This document shows, one piece after another, positions 58,270-64,000 of a stretch of DNA of 64,000 bases. The notes beneath the pieces were generated by a model, which was given only the letters and a program-made list of their open reading frames with translations, searched no databases and was not told the origin of the DNA. The translations under genes and the position numbers were made by a program. This stretch comes from Octopus sinensis (Eukaryota), in assembly GCF_006345805.1 (NCBI RefSeq), contig NC_043018.1, positions 12,462,001-12,526,000 of the forward strand, in the 5' to 3' direction. Within the stretch, counting starts at the first letter, position 1. The number at the start of each line of letters is the position of its first letter.

Positions 58270-58431
58270 CGTTATATTGGCGTGGATATCATAGTACTCG
58301 CCTTCGCTCACAACAAAACGACAGGCCAACTCGTCGACGGAAGCAGAGCGGATTTGAAATCGTTCATGAGCTTTGGGAAAAGCTGCCTCAAGAAGTTTGA
58401 TGTCTCGTTTCAAAGTGGCCAAACAAGCCAT
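58270..58431 (-). CDS. UBE2Q: UBE2Q exon 1 (MACLATLKRDIKLLEAAFPK...DIHANIT)
   Basis: ATG at 58431; donor ACG|gtaagc; phase 0; typical invertebrate UBE2Q N-terminus. Confidence 0.93.
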
Positions 58432-58499
58432 CACCAAGAAAAAAGTTCAATTGGGAATGGGGGGGAAGGAGAAGGAGGAATGAAGGCTGTTCTTTCAGA

Positions 58500-58745
58500 C
58501 AATGTTGGACGACCGTCTTGTTATCACCGCGTCGGCTTTACAAATAAATAAACACTTGTAAGAACGTCAGCCTGGCTTATATTAACCATAATGGCGCAAC
58601 ACATAAGCTTTGACGCGCGCGCATGCGCAGCACACTCCCGTCGGTGTCGCTCGGAAAAAATCGACCCCCGGATTATACTCCGAGTTTCCGCCGAGGTCGG
58701 TTCTTTCATTCGACTTCCAGAAATCCGGCAATAGTGCGCAATACC
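58500..58745 (-). promoter_or_regulatory. CpG-rich proximal promoter / 5' UTR of UBE2Q with a perfect NRF1-type palindrome GCGCATGCGC (58619-58628)
   Basis: Local CpG/GC enrichment in an AT-rich background just upstream of the ATG; the palindrome is read directly from the sequence. Confidence 0.65.
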
Positions 58746-59569
58746 ATGTACCCCGTATTAAATAAATACTATTTTTAAAGTTGTTTACTTTGCCTACGGT
58801 GTGTTAAAAATACTTTTGTTCGTTACTTTTTTAGGTGGATCGATAAAGATTAAATATACTCAATGTACCCGTATATAATTTGTACCCGTATCTGTTCGTT
58901 AACTAAAATCATGATTTTACTTTTCGTCATTTAATTCTCATCTTCTAAAAACTATGCATTTTGCAGTATGATATACTGAGAATTTTAAGCTATTTATTAA
59001 GGATTAATAAATATCAAATGGAGCCTCCTTTAGAAGTGTATCAGTTTGAAATTGTTAAGTATAATTTAGTTCGGTTAATAGTTTAACTTTAGTTCTTTAC
59101 TTTTCATAGTTTATTCCATATTTTAAGTCCATAGTTAGACCGTTTCCAGAAAACCGGAATGTTCCAGAAATCCGGGACACTTCCGGTCCCAAGCCTGCCG
59201 GATAATTGCTCCGTTTCTGTTATATCTTTATTATTGTTTCTTTCAATTAGACAAGCACAGAGATATTTGTCTGTTTGTATTAAACGTATAAAGTTCTTAT
59301 AAATTTTTATTATCCCCCCCACTTCATACACATTTAAGAAAACTGTTATATTTACAATTTACCTTCGTTTTCACATGCTTATATATATATATTATATATT
59401 AATAAATATATATATTTATATACATATATATAATATATATACATTATATATATATTAATATATTTATATATATTATATATAATATTTATTAATACACATA
59501 TATAATATATATTTATTAATACATATATATAATAATATATATGTATATATATACATACACACACACATA

Positions 59570-59683
<114 letters not shown>

Positions 59684-60989
59684 ATCCATTATCGATAAGT
59701 TATTGCTCTTCATTACTGCCTTTTTCTAACAGAAATCTGTATTAATATCGAGATTATGCGATGATGTGAAGGGGGGAAATCAAATTGAAAAACCCTGAGA
59801 TGTCGAGTGAATGAAAGAAAGTTCTTTGATCTCCTGAATGTATCTCCTCATTATTGTGTCTAACTCGGTGGTCGTTACTTCTATGTATTAAGAATGATTA
59901 CTCAAGACGAATTTAAAGAAAAAGAAATAAGCAGTCTTTCGATATAAGTATCACATTGTCATATCGAAAGAATACCAAGAAATATTTTAAATCCGATTTT
60001 CACCCCTGACATTGTTTACGGCACGACTGCATCTGCTTCCTGTAAAGAACTTTAATTTCGAAGTATGTACGCACTCATAAAAACACACACACAAATATGT
60101 ATGCACATAGACGTAGATTGAAATTAGGATTTCTAAATGAATAAAAACATCAAACATTAACAACAAAGAGGAATCAAATACATGTGTGGGATCAACATTT
60201 GTGATAGGAATGTTGGCAGTAATTTCGAAGTTAACTCGGTCGTGGTTTATTCAAAGTTTGAATAAGTCACCGGCAACGAGACGAAGACGTAACTGTCAGC
60301 ATTCTCGTAGACATACAATACATGTACATGTATGTGTGTGTGTGTGTGTGTATGCATACTTCTTAAACAAGAATGTTTTTGACAGTGACTTCGAAATTCG
60401 GCCCAGCTAAGCTATCGTCAGACTGCGATCCATTTGTCTTGCCTTCACATCGTCTCTGTTCAATTAAAATCTTCCTTGGCTGTACAACTTTGAGGACTGG
60501 TGATTAGGTTTTAAGAGTTGGTTGTTATCGAGGGATGTTTTGGAGAAATTCTTATTGATTAAATTTGGGGTTATGTTATTGTTTAGAATTTATTCATGGT
60601 TGTAGAACAAGTATCTAGGTGTGACAGTATTTTTGTTGCTTTTGGTACTTAAATTGTATTTATTTTATCAACCCTGAAAAGATGAAAGTGGGACCTTGGC
60701 AGTATTTGAACCAGAAAGTCGGGACAGACGAAATGCTGCTAAGCATTTTGTATGGTTTGCTAATGATTCTACTAGCTTGCTGCCTTTAATCATAATGATA
60801 ATAATTATTGTTTGTAGTGAATTAATGGGGAGTGGAAAATGATACAGCAAATTAACTAATCATGCATGAGAACATCCCAGTCGATGCCAAGTGATTGTAC
60901 AAACTCTCTTCCACATCTGAATTTTCTTCTTCAATTCTACTGTGGATTCATCCATAAGAATTTGGTCATCCACATGTAAGAGTTTTCAC

Positions 60990-61985
60990 CCTTATCTGAT
61001 GTTCAATGTGGAAACTGGAGATAGGCGAGTGGTTGGTGAGAACTGTACAAGCCCTGTACAGGGATGCTGTCAGTAAGGTGAGGGTTGTCAATGAGTATAG
61101 TGAAGAGTTCCAAGTAGAAGTAGGGTTTCACCAAGGATCAGTCTTCTGTCCCCTCTTATTCATTATAGTCCTCCAGGCAATAACAGAGGAATTCAAGACA
61201 TGTTGCACCTGGGAGCTCCTCTATGCTGATGACCTTGCTCTAATTGCTCAGTCACTATCAGAACTAGAGACAAAGTTTAGGGTGTGGAAGCAAGGTCAAC
61301 AATCAGAGGGCCTTAGGGTTAACCTAGCAAAAGACAAAAGTCTTAGTAAGTAGGAAGTCTGTCAAATCACAAACCCCCTCAGGTAGATGGGGTGGTTCCT
61401 CTGAGAGTGTAGCAGCTAAAATAAGAATACCCTGGGCAAAGTTCAGGGAGCTCCTACCACTGATGGCAACTAAGGGCCTCTCACTCAGGATGAAAGATAG
61501 ACTGTGATGCATGTGTGCAAACAATTATACTACACAGCAGTGAAACATGGGCCATGACTGCTGAGGACATGTGTAGTCTTGAAAGAAATGAAACTAGTAT
61601 GATCCACTGGATGTGTAATGTCATTGTGCATATGACAAAGTTTAAGTGCCCTAAGAGAAAAGTTGGGCATAAGAAGCATCAAAGGTGGTGTGCAAGAGAG
61701 ACGACTGCACTAGTATGGTCATGTTACATATGGATGAGTGCCACACCCTAACTGTAGAAGGAACCTGTGTAAGACGTAGAACCAGGAAGACATGGGATGA
61801 GGTGGTGAAGCATGACCTTCAAATATTGGGCTTTACAGTGGCAAAAAGCACCATCTGAATGTGGCCGATGCCAGTACCTCTTGACTGGACCCTGTGTCAG
61901 TGGCATGTAAAAAGCACTATCCAAATGTGATTGATCCAGGCCCACTGGACTGGCTCCTGTGCCAGTGGCATGTAAAAAGCAAACA
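60990..61985 (+). mobile_element. Internally deleted RTE-type LINE fragment (RT with LLYADDL)
   Basis: ORF 61006-61353 is closely similar to ORF 51982-52275; its 3' tail resumes at about 63468-63555 after the Helitron-like insert. Confidence 0.85.
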
Positions 61986-61987
61986 CT

Positions 61988-63415
61988 ATGTATCCCATAC
62001 TACTGATTTTTATGCGCATATTCCAAAATTCCAGTCTTATAGAACCTGTTAAAAGGATTTTGCTCCTGAAAAATGGACGTTATGGAGCTCTAAAATGTGG
62101 GAGTTAAGGCCCCTATTGGGGGTGGGTGTCTTAATGTCAACCAGAGAAGTTGAATTGTTGAGAATATTTTTAACTTGGGTCTTATATCTATTGTTTGAAT
62201 TTCTTTGGAATAGGAAATATATGTTCACTGGGTTTGTAAAAGAGAGCAAAGCTACAGGAAACCAAAAGACAAATGATCACAATAAGCAGTCAGCTACCGT
62301 ATCCTAGTCATTACCACTCCCAATGTTGGATTCCTCACCATCCAGGTGACAGGCACAGCCGTAAGATGCAATGCGGATCTATAGCAATTGGAAGGGCATG
62401 ACCCAACTGAAATAAACATTAACAACTGTGTGACGTGGGGGCTAAGGAGAAATGAAAGTGTCGCCTCTGCAGTTTGCAAATGACCACTATACTGATACAT
62501 AACTGGACAGAATAAATTTACAATCTATAAATGTCTTTGAATAACCAGTCACTCATCTGGGAAGGGCTTGAAATCAATGTTACCATCTGAGGACTATGTG
62601 TGACCCAGTGATAATAAAAAGACTGAAAGGAGGTCTGCAACCAAATAACATTACTCAACTCTTTGCAACTGAATCAGTGGAGGCAAAGATGCTTCTCATT
62701 TGCTTCACAATTTATGCACCCCATTGCAGAAATTACAATCTAAGCATATCTCAAAGCAAACTCTTACACTGTTGTACCATTGAATTATAAATAATGCTCA
62801 TCTTTTATGCTCAGGTGACCCTACAGCTTCCAAGAGTACAACTGTATTCATCTTTGCTTCGATAAAAATCACTAAATTGTGGGTGTTAAGTCCCCATGAA
62901 GGGGTCTTTCTAACTTGTAAGAGGATGAAATTTTATAAATATTGCTTCATTTGTGTCTAATATCTATGGTTAAAATTTCATCAACAGCAAAAATATATGA
63001 ATTGTCATGGTGGTTATGGCCCTTATGCATAGAATATAATTTCCAAATTTCATAAAGATTCATTCAGTACTTTTGACCTACTTTTGGATCATAAAAGAAA
63101 TGACTAAAATTTGGGAGTTAAGGCCCCTCATTAGGGTATCTTAGAATCATCATGTGAAGTGGAAACTTTGAGAATACTTCTTGATGTGTGTCAATTACCC
63201 ATGGTTGAAATTTCATCAAAATCGAAAATTTATGAATTTTCGTGGGGGTTCTGCTCCCTTTAAACCATCTGAAATTCAAGCCAAACATATTGCCTTATAC
63301 GCACCCTTATGCATTGAATCTAAGTTTCAAATATCATAAGGATCCATTCAGTAATTTTGGTCCTTGAAATTGTATGAAACACACAGCATTACCTGTCTCC
63401 CTAGGCTTGGATTTT
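61988..63415 (-). mobile_element. Second copy (lacking the CTAG end) of the 42402-44018 Helitron-like element, lying inside a LINE tail
   Basis: About 1.4 kb nearly identical to 42558-43978 (identical translated ORFs at 43164 and 62596). Confidence 0.8.
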
Positions 63416-63554
63416 CTGCTCCAAATTTCATTAGGATTGGTGCAGTAGTTTTTTAATGCATAAGTAACCTTCTGGCTTCCCAGACCCCGGTCGAACCGTC
63501 CAACTCGTGCTAGCACGGAAAACGGACGTTAAACAAAGATGATGATGATGATGA

Positions 63555-64000
63555 TATATAATATATATATAAATTAGAGAAAAACAACTATTATGTAATT
63601 CAAACAATGATAGACGTAAATCATACCATATAGAAAAAATAATATATATGATAAAACATTTATCTAGGTCATAAAAAGTACATAATAATAAATAAATGGT
63701 ATATAGTTAGTAAATAGACTACGTACGTTTCATGGCTATAACTTCAATTCAAATTACAAGTAAATTTTAATCTAATCGATCCAAAAACAATTCAGTTTAA
63801 AAGTATAGTCACTCTTCAGGTCAACAATAATAACAATAACAGTTAAATAAATACATATTTTTAATAAATAATCAAACAGAATTAAAACAATATTTCTTAC
63901 AGAAATAAAAACATGATTCTTCTTATAGAAGAAATTCTGTTAACTAAATTTTAAACTTAAAAGTAGGACCAAGTGTTTAGAATACATTTATCACGTTAAA
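63555..64000 (-). mobile_element. AT-rich 3' end of a probable Penelope-like element running off the window
   Basis: Contains a PLE-type hammerhead and abuts a (TA)n tract. Confidence 0.5.
63717..63822 (-). ncRNA. Type I hammerhead ribozyme motif with palindromic stem III
   Basis: Minus strand gac-CTGAAGA-gtgactata...tatagccat-GAAA-CGTACG-TA-gtc. Confidence 0.8.

Larger units (their letters stand above)
2040..58431 (-). other. UBE2Q: Gene span (start to stop) of ubiquitin-conjugating enzyme E2 Q family gene, 12 coding exons, 362 aa
   Basis: Twelve GT-AG exons join in frame (162+105+102+83+97+85+61+91+108+96+67+32=1089 nt). The product has an N-terminal RWD-like region, an acidic linker and a UBC domain with the UBE2Q hallmarks [33 protein letters not shown] and GWFTPPKEDG*. 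Confidence 0.96.

Overview
AT-rich, microsatellite-laden animal genomic DNA. The repeat repertoire looks like an octopus or other coleoid cephalopod, but that is an inference. The window holds one complete protein-coding gene on the minus strand: a 12-exon UBE2Q-family ubiquitin-conjugating enzyme (ATG 58431, stop 2040, 1089-nt CDS, 362 aa, catalytic Cys about 291). I reconstructed it by hand; all introns are GT-AG with consistent phases, and the first intron is 33 kb. The introns are filled with tRNA-derived SINEs, RTE-type LINEs, Gypsy and mariner relics, MITEs, non-autonomous Helitrons and kb-long (TA)n/(CA)n compound satellites. The most notable hidden layer is a set of at least 7 hammerhead-ribozyme motifs. 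Two lie in the 640-bp inverted arms of a truncated Penelope-like (GIY-YIG) retroelement. One complete type I hammerhead is buried inside a satellite array in the pre-mRNA sense orientation. A candidate alternative in-frame first exon and a tandem splice donor were also noticed. Most ORFs in the supplied track are repeat-derived artefacts.
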